Source: Lama glama
Lineage: Eukaryota
NCBI GenBank assembly: GCA_028534125.1
Contig: CM052832.1
Coordinates: 14,076,001 to 14,140,000, forward strand
Length of the DNA stretch: 64,000 bases
Reading direction: 5' to 3'
Positions 13,496 through 39,058 of the stretch are shown here, piece by piece. Position 1 is the first letter of the stretch. The number at the start of each line of letters is the position of its first letter. The position numbers were made by a program, and so were the translations under genes. The notes under the pieces were generated by a model. It searched no databases, was not told the origin of the DNA, and saw nothing but the letters and a program-made list of their open reading frames with translations.

Positions 13496-14054
13496 TACTA
13501 TATTGTCTCATCTTTCCAGGGGTATGTGCTGGCTTCTGGATTAGAAGGTATTCGGAGGTTGGAAGGGATGGGGGATGGGCTGTGGGACCTTGGGCACATC
13601 ACTTTTCCTCTCTGAGCACGGACTTTTGTTAACCACACATTCCCAGGTCCCCTTTCCTGGGAGATTCTAATTCGCGCCTAGCCTAGGACCCAGGAATTTG
13701 ATTTTTTTTTTTTAAGGAGCCTCAGGTGACTTTTATCATCAAACAGGTTTAGTTATCGCAGGATTTTCAAGGATTTTCAAAGGCCCTTGCAGTTCTGACC
13801 TGTGACTTCAGTGGTTAAGAGATAAATCCGGAGTCCAACTGACTCGGTTAAATTCCTGGTTGCCAATTACCAGCTCCACCTGTCTCACCCTCTAAAGGAG
13901 GGTAATGGCGCCGACTGTTGCATGAAGTAAGTGGAAATGAAAGAAAACAAGGCTTCAGCATTTTATCTAATACTCAAAAAAAATCCTCTATCTTTGTTCC
14001 CACTCGTCCTCTCCTTCAGCCTGGCTCGCGCTATCGCAGTGGGTGGGGTCATGT

Positions 14055-14085
14055 TGCCACCTGGTGGTGAGGCTAAGTTACTGCA
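14055..14085 (-). promoter_or_regulatory. CTCF site with upstream (ZF9-11) motif
   Basis: Minus strand reads TGCAGTAAC-ttagcctca-CCACCAGGTGGCA. Confidence 0.7.
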
Positions 14086-14595
14086 CTCACACAGCCATTA
14101 TCCACTTTCACCACCTCACTCTGCCCCAATTCCCACCCCGTCCATTCTATCCCGAGCTCACCCCCATTCAGAAGCCTCAAGCCACTCGGTGAGAGCAGCA
14201 GACCAAGGCGGGAGGGCCTGGGTTCTGAGGGTCCCAGCAGCCCCAAGATTCCATTCCACAACCTCATCCCAGGGATGGTGAGTCATTGGCACAGCTCTCC
14301 CTCCCTGGATGGTCTGCACCTGCCTGACCCTGCATGAGACCAGGGCTTGCTCTGTCTTGCCCTCCTCCTTAATTGTAAGGATGGAGTTGAGTGCCAGCTC
14401 TGTGCTAGCGCCTTACAGATATCATCTCATTCGGCCCTCACATAAGGTAAAAGGACCTATGCCTTTTCCACAGATGAGGAAACTGAGGTTCAGAGAAGTT
14501 AAGTGACTGGCACAAGCCACACAGCTTGCAATGACTCAAATTCAGGCGGATCTTAAACCATGGTTATTTCCACTAAGCTACAAGCCCTCTAAACT

Positions 14596-14765
14596 AGTGG
14601 TTCCCCATCCTGGCTGGACATTGAATTCACCTGGGAAGCCTTAATGACTAATGCCTGGGCTCCACCCCAGAGATTCTGGTTAATTTGTCTGGGATGTGAC
14701 TTGAGCACTGGGGTTTGTGAAGCTCCCCTAAGTATTCTAGTGGGCATCTGGGGAGAACCATTGCT
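14596..14765. mobile_element. MER5A-like hAT element
   Basis: Ends agtggttcccca...gggagaaccattg with internal ccaccccagagattctggttaatt. Similar copies near 29490-29640 and 52717-52900. Confidence 0.7.
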
Positions 14766-17700
14766 GTAAACTCACCCATTCTGTTTTCTGTTCCTTGGGG
14801 CTGTGCTCTCTGCTCTGGGGGCAATGGCAAATTTCCCATAAGTGATCTGAATTGAGTTCACAGGAGCATTGGAGGGCAAGAGCGCCATGGGACAGTCCCT
14901 AGCCTGGAGCAGACGACCTGGTTCTACTGCACAGAGGATGGTGGAGGGTGTGCTCCCGGGTGGCCAGCATCCATTCTGTAGCGAGGCCTACAGATGTGGG
15001 ACCCCCAGTTCGCTGTGTACTGGCTGGCTGTGTGGCCTTGAGCAAGAGACTGCACCTCTCTGTGAAGTTGTCTCATATGTAAAACACGTAGGAATGAAGT
15101 ATCAATTGCATAAAATGGTTGTATTAAATGAGTTAATACAGAAAAACTACTTAGAACAGTGCCCAGCAAGCTCTCAATAAATGTTACAACTTACGCTGCT
15201 ATTATTGTTATCATTCCTGAGCCTGACAATCGCTCCCCATGTGGACTACGCACCAATTGATCAGAAATAGCAGACGCCCTCTTTCCCTTTTTAGAACTAC
15301 TGTTCTCTCATAAGGCGGGGCTATCAATCATAGCCCCGCCCAGAGGCGGGCACATGACTCAAACTGGCCAATCAGAGTACCCCATCCCCTTGGCTTTAAA
15401 CTGACTGATCCCAGGGTAAGCAAGTGAGCCGAGAGGTGCCAGTCAGGCCCCCCACTCAGGGAAAATGAAGTGGTCAGGGAGCCGTCGGAGGTCACCTTTC
15501 CCACTATCGCAGAGTAAAGCAGAGAGGATGTGAGAGAGAGAGATTTAAGGACGCATTTTGAGCCTGTGGTTATAGCCATGCCTGGGGTCAGAATGCGTCT
15601 GGCTGGTGTATTTAAGGGGCCAATCAGTTCCCTTTTGAACTTGTGCTAGTTTGTATTGGACTTCTGTCACCTGCCGTCAGCAGAGTCCTACCTGGCTTTA
15701 GGTTGGGTTCATAGTCCCAGCTCACCCCCAGGGATTCAGCTGAGCCAATGTCCAGGAAGTGGCTTCTTCCGGGGAGGCTGGGTCCTGAAGGCACCTCTCA
15801 AATCGCATTAATTGTCCACAAGTGACAATAGTACGTAGCAAAATTGCCTATAACAATCCCTCATGGACTGAAGAAGACTAAAGAGACAATACCCAATGTG
15901 AAATGTCCTCCGGGACCTATAAAAGCCATTATTATTGGGACAATAAGTAAAACTTGAATGGGGGTCTTTGACCAAGGGTATTCCGGAGTTGATGACACTA
16001 TTCTTGAAACTTATTAATAAGCTTGAAATTGTTTCAAATTTTTTTTTAATTTTAAAAAAGAAAAAAATCTCATAAATTGCCTGTCAAGTAGTGGACCTGC
16101 CACACTCACGCACCACATTGGACACACAACTGGACAAGTGCTCTACCAGAGGTGGAATGAGTCCAAATCTCTTCCCCTGAGTGCCAGGTGGAGAGACAGT
16201 AGTTTAAGGCCCATTTGCGCCAATAATCTGTATCTTTAAACACTAGAAACACCAGACTCACATGTTGCGGGACCAAGAGAGAATAAGAGAAAGGCAGAGT
16301 CTCCCCTCCCAGTTCACAGTACCCGAGATAGTTCTCTGTCCTTCTGTCTCTCTCTCTCCACAGCCTTTCTGAATGTACAGTTCTTGTTAGCTCACATTCT
16401 GGTCAACAACTTTCAAAGGCTTCTTAGCACCCACCAATCCCCTCTAGCATTAAATGTCATCTTCAGTTGGATCCAAACATAACTTTCCCGATTTAGCCAT
16501 TAGCATTAGCTTTAACTACAAGTAACAGAAAATCTTCATGTCACAGTGACTTCAACTGTGGTTTGGTTTCTTTTTTTCCTCTCTCCCTCCAATCAAGGCT
16601 CCTAGCTGGTTGCTCCACAGTCACAGCTCACATGTTCAAGGCTACCTCATGGTCTAAGATGGCTGCTAGAGCTCCAGACATTAGGTCCTCTTGCCAGCCA
16701 GTGGGAAGGAAGAACTAATAAAGAAGGATGCACCTCTTCTGTAAAGGACACTTCCCAATGGCTGGCATTTGGCTACATGGCTGCAAGGAGAGCTGGGAAG
16801 TGTCTTTTTCTGAGTGTCCCTATGCTCAGATGCAAAACAGGGACTTCATTATTAAGGAAGAAGAAGACATATTGAAGGACAAGTAGATGCTTCCAGACCA
16901 TTAACCCTCCCTCCCTGCCTTCCCCTAAGAAGGACCTCAGTTTTGAATCCTATATCATCAGACTATATTATTCTTCAAAGATTTTGGCTCCTGGCTCACG
17001 GAGTCTCCAGCATGTTCCTGTCCTAATTCTTGGTGATGTCCTAATCCAGGTATACTCTTCCAATGCCCAGCCTCTCCATTTGTTGCCATGCATGCTTTTC
17101 CCATCTTGTCCTCCCCCTGCCTTCCCTCAGCCACTAGATCTGATCAGCACTAGATCTGACCCTCCCAGAATTTCCACTGCATCCCCCCTTTCTCTGACCC
17201 AGCTCGTTCTCTCTCCCTTTCCAACTCCCAGCACTTTCCAACCTCCGCAGAAATTACATCCACTGATCTGTCACCTTTTCCCTGGCCCTTTAACTTACAA
17301 ATGTTTTTCCTCCTAACTTAAAATAAAACAGAAAACCCGCTGCTTGAATCTACTTCCTCTCTAGCTACCACCCTGTTCCTGCTCCCCCCGGGCCTCCTCA
17401 GTTCCTCTCCTCACATTCTCTTTTAAACCCACCCCAAGTAGGGTTTCACTGCTACCACTCCACTCCCAAGACCACCCTTGTCTATGGCACCAACAACCTC
17501 CACGGTACAAAGTCCGGGGACCAATATCCTTGGCCCGTCCCATCAGGCGTCCTCACACGCCAGCCTGCGCAGGGCAGCCCTGTTTCCATCTGTTGCTCTG
17601 TGTGACTATGAACATCTACCTTTCCACGTCTACAGGTGTCTGGGCTTGGACAACAAACTCCAACACCACCTTGATGGACAAAAGAAGCCCCAGACAACTC

Positions 17701-19914
17701 CAACAAAATAAAGGTGACAGAAACCACCCATTTCAAAACTCAGATCTGTTTTCTATTTTGCAAGAGCCAGGACACACCTTCGGGCAGCCAGGGTTCCCAG
17801 GTTTCTGAAAAACCCGCCTGAATGGATCCTTTCAGGATGCAAATTTATTTTGCCAGATTGAGAAAATGAAATTCAAGGCAAGAGGCTCTGAGCAAGGGGG
17901 AAAGCTTGCCCAAGGTCACCCAGCTGGGACATGGGGAAGCCGGATGCTTCGGTCTGTTTCTGGGCAGAATCTCCAGCTCTTACCCACTGTTTCAGACTTT
18001 TCACCTTTGCACCACAGAGGCTGAGCCAAGGAGGCCCAAGGTCAAGGTGCTTAGAGATTTGGGCCTCAGTTTCCTTATCTGTAAAATGAAGGGAAAGCAC
18101 CACACAGCTGTCCTTGATAGGACACTTGTTGTGCGCCAGGCTCTGCACTAAGCACCATACATGTCTCAATCCATTTCATTCTCACAGCTTCCATAAAGTC
18201 AGGTACAATTACCATCACCACTTTACCAGTTGGAAAACGGAGGCATAGAGAGGTGAAGTAATGTGCCCACTTGCCTCTCACAGTTTCCCTAGGGACGAGA
18301 GATGACACAAGTAAATCCTAGGCACTGAGTATGTGCTGTCGATGGTACTACACCAAGCACCAGCTGTGTGGCCTTAGACAACTCACTTAACTTCTCTGAG
18401 CTGCAGGCTGTGCCATGTGTTGTAAGAATGAATTGAAAGCCCTGGGCACAATGCCAAACACATGGTAGGAGTCATTATTTACCAGCATGATAGTCATTGG
18501 TGGTAGCAAATCTTTGTCTTCTGAAAGTAGACTTAATTTTAGAAAGCAGCTAAATTTCTGTGGAATTGAGTCTGGTGACTAATGCCAGTGATAAAGCAAA
18601 GAAATGTCATTTTTAGACCAAAACAAGGTGTAATTATAAAGCCTCGGGCTTGTTTTTCTATTTGGAGAGGCCTGGTGTCAGATCAGAAGGTACAAGAAGT
18701 TATCAGTCTTTTTTATCTGAATTTTACCCTAAGCTCACCCTCATTTGCACCAATATCTGGATGCCCAACCCTCACCCCACCCATCTCCAACCCAAATCTG
18801 AACATTTACACTGCATCTGCTTTCCCCACACATGCTCACCACTCTAGCCCCTACCAAATGCTTACATTTCCTTTTACTCTTTTCTGAGTTCCACTTTGCT
18901 ACTTTCTGTTCCTATTAAGATCTGGATCTGGAATAACTCTCAAGGGATTAAAAAACATGTAATTGCATTCAAAGTATACAAAATTTGAATACATTCTCCT
19001 CCAAAGTAACTAAGTAAATGTTAACCTTTTTAGTTAAAATTATTTTTCATGTATGTTTTCAAAAGTGACTTTTCTTCTAACATAGTCAAAATTATGTACT
19101 AAAATTTAAAGACATAGAGTTTATACTTAATAAACAGCCAAAAAAAATCAAATTTTAAATGGTTTTAGAAACTTTAACTCCATCTTATTAAATACTTTTA
19201 GAAAAACTGAACTGTTCCCAAAATAGCATCCAATGTCCTGCTATTTCCCAACATAAAGAAGCACTACTACATTTCACAAAGACTTACATATGTACAAATC
19301 TAAGTCATGGGAATGGCTTAATACTGTAAAGTGTTCCTCAGCTGCCATGTGCAACTGTTATGAATACAGTGCTGATTCATGAGAACCTTCAGAACAGGAA
19401 AAGAAGCAAGTAAATGGACACTTTGTTATGCAAGCATCTGTCACATCCATGCAACCCTAGAGGAGAGATCTGAGAAATGAACTTATTTTTTCTTTCACTT
19501 AAAGGCTTCTGCTGCACAGATCCAACCCCAACTCCCAAGTACTGGGCCCAGGATCAGCCCACACTTCTCCCACAGTCCAGTGCAGGGAACTTTGGTTTTC
19601 AGAACAGTGGGCAAGAGATGCGAAGAAGTATTCCTGGGGCCCTAAGCAGTGTTAGAACTCGTATGTTTACATTTACAGTCTGTCCCTGTGGTTCTTGGTG
19701 TGGATTTATTTGAAGTTTGAGATTCCCTGGAACCCTCTAAAGCACCATTCTTAGGCGGGACCACTCTTGTCCTGTTTGAGGGGGCATACTGCTCCATGAT
19801 GCCAAGTTCTTTGCTGCCTGGAAACATTTTGCCTAAGCTGTGCCTTGTACCTGGACCATTCTCTTTCCTAGTCTTAGAAATCCTTCAAGTCTCAGTTCTA
19901 AAATTCTCTTCTCA

Positions 19915-20700
19915 TTAAAATGTCTACAAATAATAAATGCTGGAGAAGGTGTGAAGAGAAAGGAACCCTCCAACACTGTTGATGGGAATGTAAATTGGTG
20001 CAGCCACTATGGAGGATAGTACAGAGGTTCCTTAAAAAACTAAAAATAGAATTACCATATGATTCAGCAATCCCACTCCTAGGCATATATCCAGAGAAAA
20101 CTATAATTCGAAAAGACACATGCACCCCAATGTTCACAGCAGCATTATTTACGATAGCCAAGACATGGAAACAACTTAAATGTCCGTCAACAGATGAATG
20201 GATAAAGAAGATGTGGTATAGATATATAATAGAATATTACTCAGTCATAAAGAAGAATGAAATAATGCCTTTTGCATAAACATGGATGGACCTAGAGATG
20301 GTCATATTAAGTGAAGTCAGATGAAGAAAGACAAATATCATATGACATCACTTACATGTGGAATCTTAAAAAAATGACAGAAATTCTATTTGCAAACCAA
20401 AAACAGACTCACAGACATATAAAACAAACTATGATTACCAAAGGGGAAAGGGTGCGGGAGGGATAAATCAAGAGTTTGGGATTAAAAGATACACACTACT
20501 ATATATAAAATAGATAAACAACAAGGACCAACTGTATAGCACAGGGAACTGTATTAAATTTCTTATAATAACTTATAATGGAAAAGAATCTGGAAAGAAA
20601 ATATACATATGTCTGTACACGTATAACAATCTCTTTGCTGTGCACCTGAAACTAACATTGTGGAACAACTACACTTCAACAAAAAATTAAAAAAATTTTT
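19915..20700 (+). mobile_element. 5'-truncated LINE-1 with perfect TSD
   Basis: ORF 19995-20279 is the L1 ORF2 C-terminus. 13-bp TSD aattctcttctca at 19902-19914 and 20701-20713. Confidence 0.93.
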
Positions 20701-22809
20701 AATTCTCTTCTCAGATAGCCCTGTCTGTCCTCTAAATCCAGACTGGATCCCCCCTGCTATTCTCAGGGAACACAGTTTTTTTTTCCTTCTTGGCATTTAT
20801 TACAATTAATAATGAGATCGTCAGAACTAATCTGTGTATTCATGGCTTTACTCTCTGTCTTTCTCCCCAGAACGGAAGCTCCATGATGGCAGGGGCCACA
20901 TCCTTTTGTTCATCACCGTATCACCAACTGTCTGGCACATAGTCGGTGCCCAGGAAATGCTTGTTGACTGACTCTCAGCTGCGTGTTTTCTTACCTTTAA
21001 TATCAGGGTGCTAATGTGTGCCTCATAAATATTGTGAGGGTGGAGAGAGAATGGGAACAAGGGACCTGACACACAGTGGGTGTTCAATAAAATCTGTTAT
21101 GGTTACTACACATTCAGAGGCAGGTGAGGATCAAGAAATCTTGGAGGTGGGAACTTGAGGGCTATTTGGAGTCAGATAGGCTTCGTGGAACAGGGAGTAC
21201 ATTCCAGGAGGGAAGAGCTTGAGCACAGGCATGGAGGAGAGGAAGTATAAAGGCAATAAGTAAACCTATGTGGCTGGATGAAGAGTGGAGTTTGAGACAG
21301 CCCTGCAGTTGGAAAGGCAGACTAGAGCCAGATCAGGGAGAACCTTGAATGCCAATCCAGCACATTTAAACCTGATCCTGAGGCAGTTGGGAGCCAATGA
21401 CTTTTTTTGAGCAAAGGTGTCAACTGAAGAGGTGGTATTTGAGAAAGACTAATTATGGCAAATCTGGATCAGGTGGGCTAAGGAAATGGAAAAAGAGAAA
21501 AACACTGACCATTTCATTCAAATCCCAGCTCTAATCGTGTGAGTGTATACAATATAAAAGCAAAAGCTCTGACACAAAACAGATCTGGTTACCATCTGGC
21601 TGACACTGAGCAAATCACTTCACCTCCCTGAGCCTCAGTTTCTCCATCTATAAAATGGAGACAAAATCTTTAACTCGCCTATCTCATTGGACTCTTGTGA
21701 GAATCAAATGAAATAAAGAACGTGTTCATTAATTTACTCATTTAAAAAAATGAATCCCAATCATGTGTCAAGTTATGTGGTATAGGTGGAGGAGACAGAG
21801 ATGAAGTGGAAGTGCCCTGCAAAGGGGCAGACAGTTAGCAGTGATTGAGTGCTCACTGTTGCAGCTTTCCACCAGCCATCTCATTCAACCTACACACCCG
21901 TACCAGGTCAGAATTATTATCAAACCCATTTTATAAATGAGGAAACAGAGGCCCATAGAGGCTAAGTAAGTCACCCAGAGATGTTCAGCTCTTAAGTGGC
22001 AGAGCTCAGGGCTGGGGCTCAGGGGCTGACATGCCCAAGATGGCTGCCTCCCTCCTAGTGTTAGACCTTTGAACATATCTATTTCCAACCCTAGGTCTTT
22101 ATCTTGCTGTTCCCTCTCCAAGTACAGTTCAGTCCACTTTTTTTTTGGCTGCAGAACTCCTACTCACCTTTCAAGTTTCGTTTTAGAGTTATAGATCAGG
22201 TTTCAGGAAGCCTCGAGGACCCCTAAGGGACCCTCCTCTGGACTTCCTCAGAACTTAACCAAACCTTCCCCATGATATTAATCACACAACATTATATCCT
22301 TTGTCTCTAAATTTTTTAAAAAAGCATGTAAAAAAATCAGTAAAAAAAAAAAAGTTAAGTGTACATCCATAATATAGGCATATTCCTTTATAAAGTATAT
22401 ACACGTATCTGCCAATCCATATATAACAAATATTAAAACCTAATTACCTTCCCCTCCAAAAAAAAACATATGTAATAAATACTAGTAAATCCTAGTTCTT
22501 ATTTTTTTTTATAAAAAAGGAAAATAAATACAGGATCAGGATCTGATCTTATGTTTTCTTCCCATGCCCCATTTACCACCAGCAAATTATAAATCAGCAT
22601 CTTTAACCCAAAGCTCAGCTTGGTGGAGTGTAGGGGTACCTGGTACAGTGATGCCATCTTTCAGCCTGCTAAGGATCTGAGAACTTGGGAGTCTAGCCTC
22701 TTCCCTCAGTGGGCTAGGCAGGGGGGTGGGTTCTGGGCATGGGCACCTCCCACACCACAGTGCTGCCACTGTCTTGAGCCAGTGAGAGGTGGGGGTGAAG
22801 TTGAGCCAA

Positions 22810-22835
22810 GCCAGGATTAGCTGGGGCGGGCCTGG
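22810..22835 (+). promoter_or_regulatory. TULP1: TULP1 proximal promoter: CRX/OTX site plus GC box
   Basis: GGATTAG at 22814-22820 (CTAATCC on minus) next to ggggcggg, ~70 nt upstream of the ATG. Confidence 0.65.
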
Positions 22836-22890
22836 AAGCTTCCAGGGCTGCAGAGTGGCTGGAGACGGGGTGTGGATAGGCAAAGGCACC

Positions 22891-34594
<11,704 letters not shown>

Positions 34595-35030
34595 CCCGAG
34601 CATCCCCTAGCACCTCCAAGGGTGGGGGAAAGGATTCAGTGGAGGCTTGCAGGGTCCCTTCACCAGAGCCCCCACTGACGACTCCTCCCTTGTCGCGGGG
34701 GGGTGGGGTGGGAATGACCCCTCACTGTCTCCGGGTGACCTCCATCCACTGCCCAGCCTGGCACAGGCCGAGGCAGGGGAGGAGCTCAGACGGCAGGTCG
34801 GATGGAGATGAAGAACATCTGGAGTTGGAACCACACATCTGGTCGCGGAGCTAGCCTGTGCCGCTTCACCAACACCACCCCCGCCCCGCTCCCCAGTCAC
34901 TTCCTGTCCAGGAGCAGTAGTCAGTGTTGTTTTAACCCCTTCTGGGACCGTACAAGGGCTCAGAAGAGCTAGGGCAGGCTTGGAGGAGGGGGTAGGTGAT
35001 AGGCGACGAAGACCCGGCACCCACATCCTC

Positions 35031-35036
35031 AATAAA
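35031..35036 (+). terminator. TULP1: TULP1 polyadenylation signal
   Basis: AATAAA ~440 nt after the stop codon. Confidence 0.8.
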
Positions 35037-35049
35037 GTTGCGTCCTAGG

Positions 35050-36650
35050 CCAAGAGGAGCGGTGGTTCTTCAGCGCGTGCGAAGAACCAGGTGGCGGGAG
35101 GGATCTGGAGCGCGGGCGAGGTCGGGAGGGCGGGCTGGAGGGCTCCCTTCCCCACCCCCCACCCCGCTCCGGCCCAGGCCCCAGGCGCTCTGCGTCCCCT
35201 CCCACGCGCCCGTCGCGGGTCCTACCGAAACTCGGCGGGCTCACGGTGTCGAGACGCCCCTCGCGGGGGCCCCGAGGAGCCAGGCCGAGAGGGAGGGCCC
35301 GGAGGTCCGGGAAGAGGGGGAAAGGGGGAAATTCGAGAAACAAGTCTCTCGGGGAGAACCAGACAAACCGGGTTCGGGCAGGGCGGGCGCAGCCTCCAGG
35401 GCGGGGCCGGGTCTGGGGCCCCGGGAGTAGGGGGCGGGCCCTCGGGCAGGAGAGGGCGCTCCGCCTCGGCCGCTCGGGACTGAGGTGGGGGGTAGGGAGC
35501 CCCGCGGCCCGTGTACTCCGGCTCCGCCGGGCTCCTCGTGACGCGGCACCCGGGCTCCGGCACCGACGGGGGTCCCGCCCCCGAGGCGGGAGCTCCGCCC
35601 TCGGCCCCGCCCAGGCCGGAGCCCCAAATTCCAGCGGGGTACGGAGAGGTGGAGTAGGGCCAGGTGTGCAGGGGAGGTAAGAGAGAGCCGCTCCGGCGGG
35701 AAAGGAGCGGGGCGCCCGGGCGCAGGGAGGCCGGCAGCCGCCCGGGGTCCCGAAGCCTCGGCGTGGGCAGCCCCAGCGCCGGTTGGGGGCGGCCCCACGC
35801 GGCCCCGCCCCTCCGGGCCGGTGCCCGCCCCCCCGGGCGCCCCGCCCCCTCCTTCCCCGCAGCCCTCACCCCCCGCCCCGGCTCCTCAACACAAACTTTC
35901 CGTCCCGCTCGCTCCCTCCTCCGCGCCCGGCGCCTCCCGCTCCAGCCCGGCTCATTCCGCACATTCCGGCCAGCCCCCTCCCCACGACCCCCCTTCCCCG
36001 GCCCCCCTCTCTGCTCCCTCGGGCCCGGCGGAGCCGCTCGGCCGGAGCGCCCCCCCGAGATCGGACCAGGTAAGCCGGGCGGACGCCGGGAGGAGGCCCC
36101 GCTGGGAGAGGTGGTTTGGTTGGTTGGTTCGGGGGGGGGGTGGCTCACTCGAAGGGGGCTGCTTCCCAGAGCTATTGTCCAGCCTGAGCCGGAGCCCCGG
36201 ATCTGGGTGCCGGGAAGTTAAGAGGGAAGAGGGGAAAAAGCTCTCCGGGAAGCCCCGCCCACCCCCACCCCACCGCGACCCGGACGAGTTGGTCGGGGGA
36301 GGTAGGGGAGCCGGGAACTTGGTCCCAGTGCCGTCGGCTGTACCAACGTGCGCGTTTGGGATGTCGAGGTCGGGGTCTGGGGGTCCGCACGGTATGGGGG
36401 ACCTGCCACCGCGGAGCTCCTAGCCGGAGCGCACAGTCCCGGGCCCCACCGCCCTTTGGACTCCGGCTCACGCTCTCTTGGAGCCCGCCCGGCCCCAGCT
36501 CCACGCAGGCCTCGCGCCCGGCCTCCCGTCGCCCAGGCCGGCTCCTAAGCGAGGTGCCCGCAGCCGTGCCCGATTGTGGAGGGTGTCTGGGAGCAAAGCT
36601 GCGCGTCCTGGGCCTGTGCCGCCTGAGAGGCAGGGACTTAAGTTCCCTCC
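35050..36650. promoter_or_regulatory. TEAD3: CpG island / TEAD3 promoter
   Basis: Very GC- and CpG-rich with many GC boxes (ggggcggg / ccccgccc). Confidence 0.9.
35880..36069 (+). other. TEAD3: TEAD3 exon 1 (5' UTR; start approximate)
   Basis: Strong donor ggaccag|gtaagc inside the CpG island, splicing to the acceptor at 45235. Confidence 0.75.
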
Positions 36651-37683
36651 AGTTCTGTCTCCTGTGTTGGGGTGGAGGTTTGGTGTTCCAGACCTGAGCT
36701 CTGTGCGCCTGGCTCCAAAGGGGATTGGATTTGGGGCCTTCTCTTCGCCACACTTCCTCAGGACTCTTGTTTAGACTTGAGTGGGTTTGAAGGTGTCTTG
36801 TTCCCTCTAACCTAACCCCCTATCACCACCCCCACCATTGTCTGTCATGCCCTTTTCTCCTGCCTGGGGAGAGAAGGCCCCGAGTGCCTGTCTGCATCTG
36901 GTTTCTAGCCTAGCCAGGCCCTGGGGCAGTGTCATTGAGACCCCACTGTGTCACTTTTCCGGAAGAGGGGCCCTGATCCAGGGCTGAGAGATTCTTTCTG
37001 GAAAGAGGGAATAAGGCCTTGGGGGAGCGCTTCTCAGGGGGTACCTCCCTCTGTGTCTTTCCTCTCTTCAGGTAGAGGCAGAACCAGGTCAGGCCTGGAC
37101 TTGTAGTGCAGGGGATGAGGGTGGGGGCTGGACACAGCTCAGAGGGGCTGGTGCCCATGGCGGCTCTGGGTATCCCGTCTCCTGTGGCCTGATTCTGTGT
37201 ACACATGTTCCACCCCAGTGCCAGGGGCCAGGATGTCTCCTTGGCCTGAATACTAGGGGCAGCCTGGGGCCAGGAGGGAAGTCTGAAGTCACCAAAAGTT
37301 GGAAATTTGGGGGAATTAAGCCCTCCTCCCTTCCAGATTCTTGTAACTCCTTTTCCAAGACCTTCCCTGGGGGTGGGGTGCCACCACAGGACCTGGTTCT
37401 GTAGTCTTCTGGATCCCTGCTCATCCTGTGGGCAGGTGATGGACAGATGTCTTTTCTCAGATTCGGCTATATATATATACATACACACACACACACACAC
37501 ACACACATACATACACACACACACATATGAAGGATGACTTCAGGGAGAGGCTGGGATCCAGTGGGAGTCTCAACTTCTTGGGCCTTTCCCCAACCCCCAG
37601 GGAGGGAACAGTAATTAATGCTAATTAACGCGTTTGGGTTGGGGAATGGCTGAGGAGGATGGTCAGTGATTGGCTGGACAGAG

Positions 37684-37685
<2 letters not shown>

Positions 37686-37743
<58 letters not shown>
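37686..37743. repeat. (TG)n microsatellite
   Basis: Perfect TG run of ~58 nt. Other simple repeats: 6850-6872 (GATA), 25428-25450 (TTCA), 31374-31413 (TG/GA), 37469-37526 (TA/CA), 39027-39055 (TG), 54135-54170 (TG). Confidence 0.97.
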
Positions 37744-37745
<2 letters not shown>

Positions 37746-39024
37746 GTCCCCATCCGTGTCCGTCCGTGTCCGTGTCCGTGTCCGTCCTGGGCCCTACTCC
37801 CACCCTCACCCTCAGGTTTGCAGACCCTGGTACATTTTTCCAGTTGGGGAGATATTAAAACAAGAAGGAGACATCTCAACAGAGGTCAAGAAATAAGACC
37901 TCTGGTCCCAGCTGGCCTTTAACAAGCTGTACCATCCTGGTGGGCTTCACTTTCGCTTTTTGGAATCACTGACTTCTCAGGTCCCTTTTCTCTGAGCTCC
38001 TCACGGAGTCTGTCCTAGGCAGTAGGCCTTCTGTCTCCTCCCATTATGGAATCTGAACCTGGTGGGGTCTGGAGAGGTGAGTGGGTGATCCAGTGGTCTA
38101 AGGAAGAAGGTGAGAACTAGCCCAGGGTGACTGGGTGGCAGCTAAGCCAAGTGAGAGTGGTTGAAAAGGTTGTGGGCAGCAGGCATCTGGGGGCAGGGTG
38201 GCCAGGTAGAGTTGGAGGATCTCCCTCAGAAGTGGTGGTGGGGTCTGACAAGGCTGAGCAGGGTAGATGGTGTTCAGAGGCCAACTGAATGGCTCACAAC
38301 CCTTCTGCCCAACTCCTAGACCCCGCTAGGGGCTCAGGGTGGAAGCTGGAAGGGAGCAAAAGCCCTCATTCCTACCTATCTCCTCTCTCAGGGAGAGGAG
38401 CTGAGGACGGACAGTGAGGGCGGGAGCTGGCGGTGCCAGGCCCCAGGGAGCTGGGGAGCCAAGAGAGCTCTGAATGCTGTAATTCTCTGTGGAGGTGGCC
38501 AGGAGTCGCAGTCTCTTCTTTCCATGTGGGGTCTGTAGAAGTTGTGGGTTCCAAGGGGTGGCCTTGGGGAGCCAGGTCTCCGCAGGCCTCTGGGGCATCC
38601 CTGGGGGCCATGGCGGGAGCTTCTTTGGTCAGAGCCAGGGGTGCAGATCAGCAGATCACACTTGGGCCCTTCCCAGTGGCCTGGCCCTACTCCTCTTCTT
38701 CCTGCCAGCCTAGGTTTGTCTGCAGCGGAGGTACTGCCCCCTGGGGAGGACATTGGAGAGGAGGGGGCTCAGGGTCCCACAGGAGGCTGGGAGCAGGGGC
38801 CAGAGAATCCTGTCACTCTGCGAATCCCCAAAGTCTCAGCCCCTGAGGTTTCCTAGAGTGCTGATTGCTTCCTGTACTCCCTGCCAGGCCCAAAAGGACA
38901 GGAAGTGATAGAGGGAAATGAGAGTGCAACTGTGTGCGACACTGGTTGTGAGAGAAACTGAGTGGGACACTCTGTGGGTGACACTGTGTGGGGGGTGGAT
39001 GTGCACATGAGGGAACAGGTAAAG

Positions 39025-39058
<34 letters not shown>

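Noticed and set aside
34996..36774. Many long overlapping ORFs (up to 308 aa) on both strands
   Set aside because: Stop-poor CpG island; low-complexity Pro/Gly/Arg translations with no recognisable domain.
37625..37922. ORFs with CVCVCV / THTHTH repeats
   Set aside because: Translations of (TG)n microsatellites.
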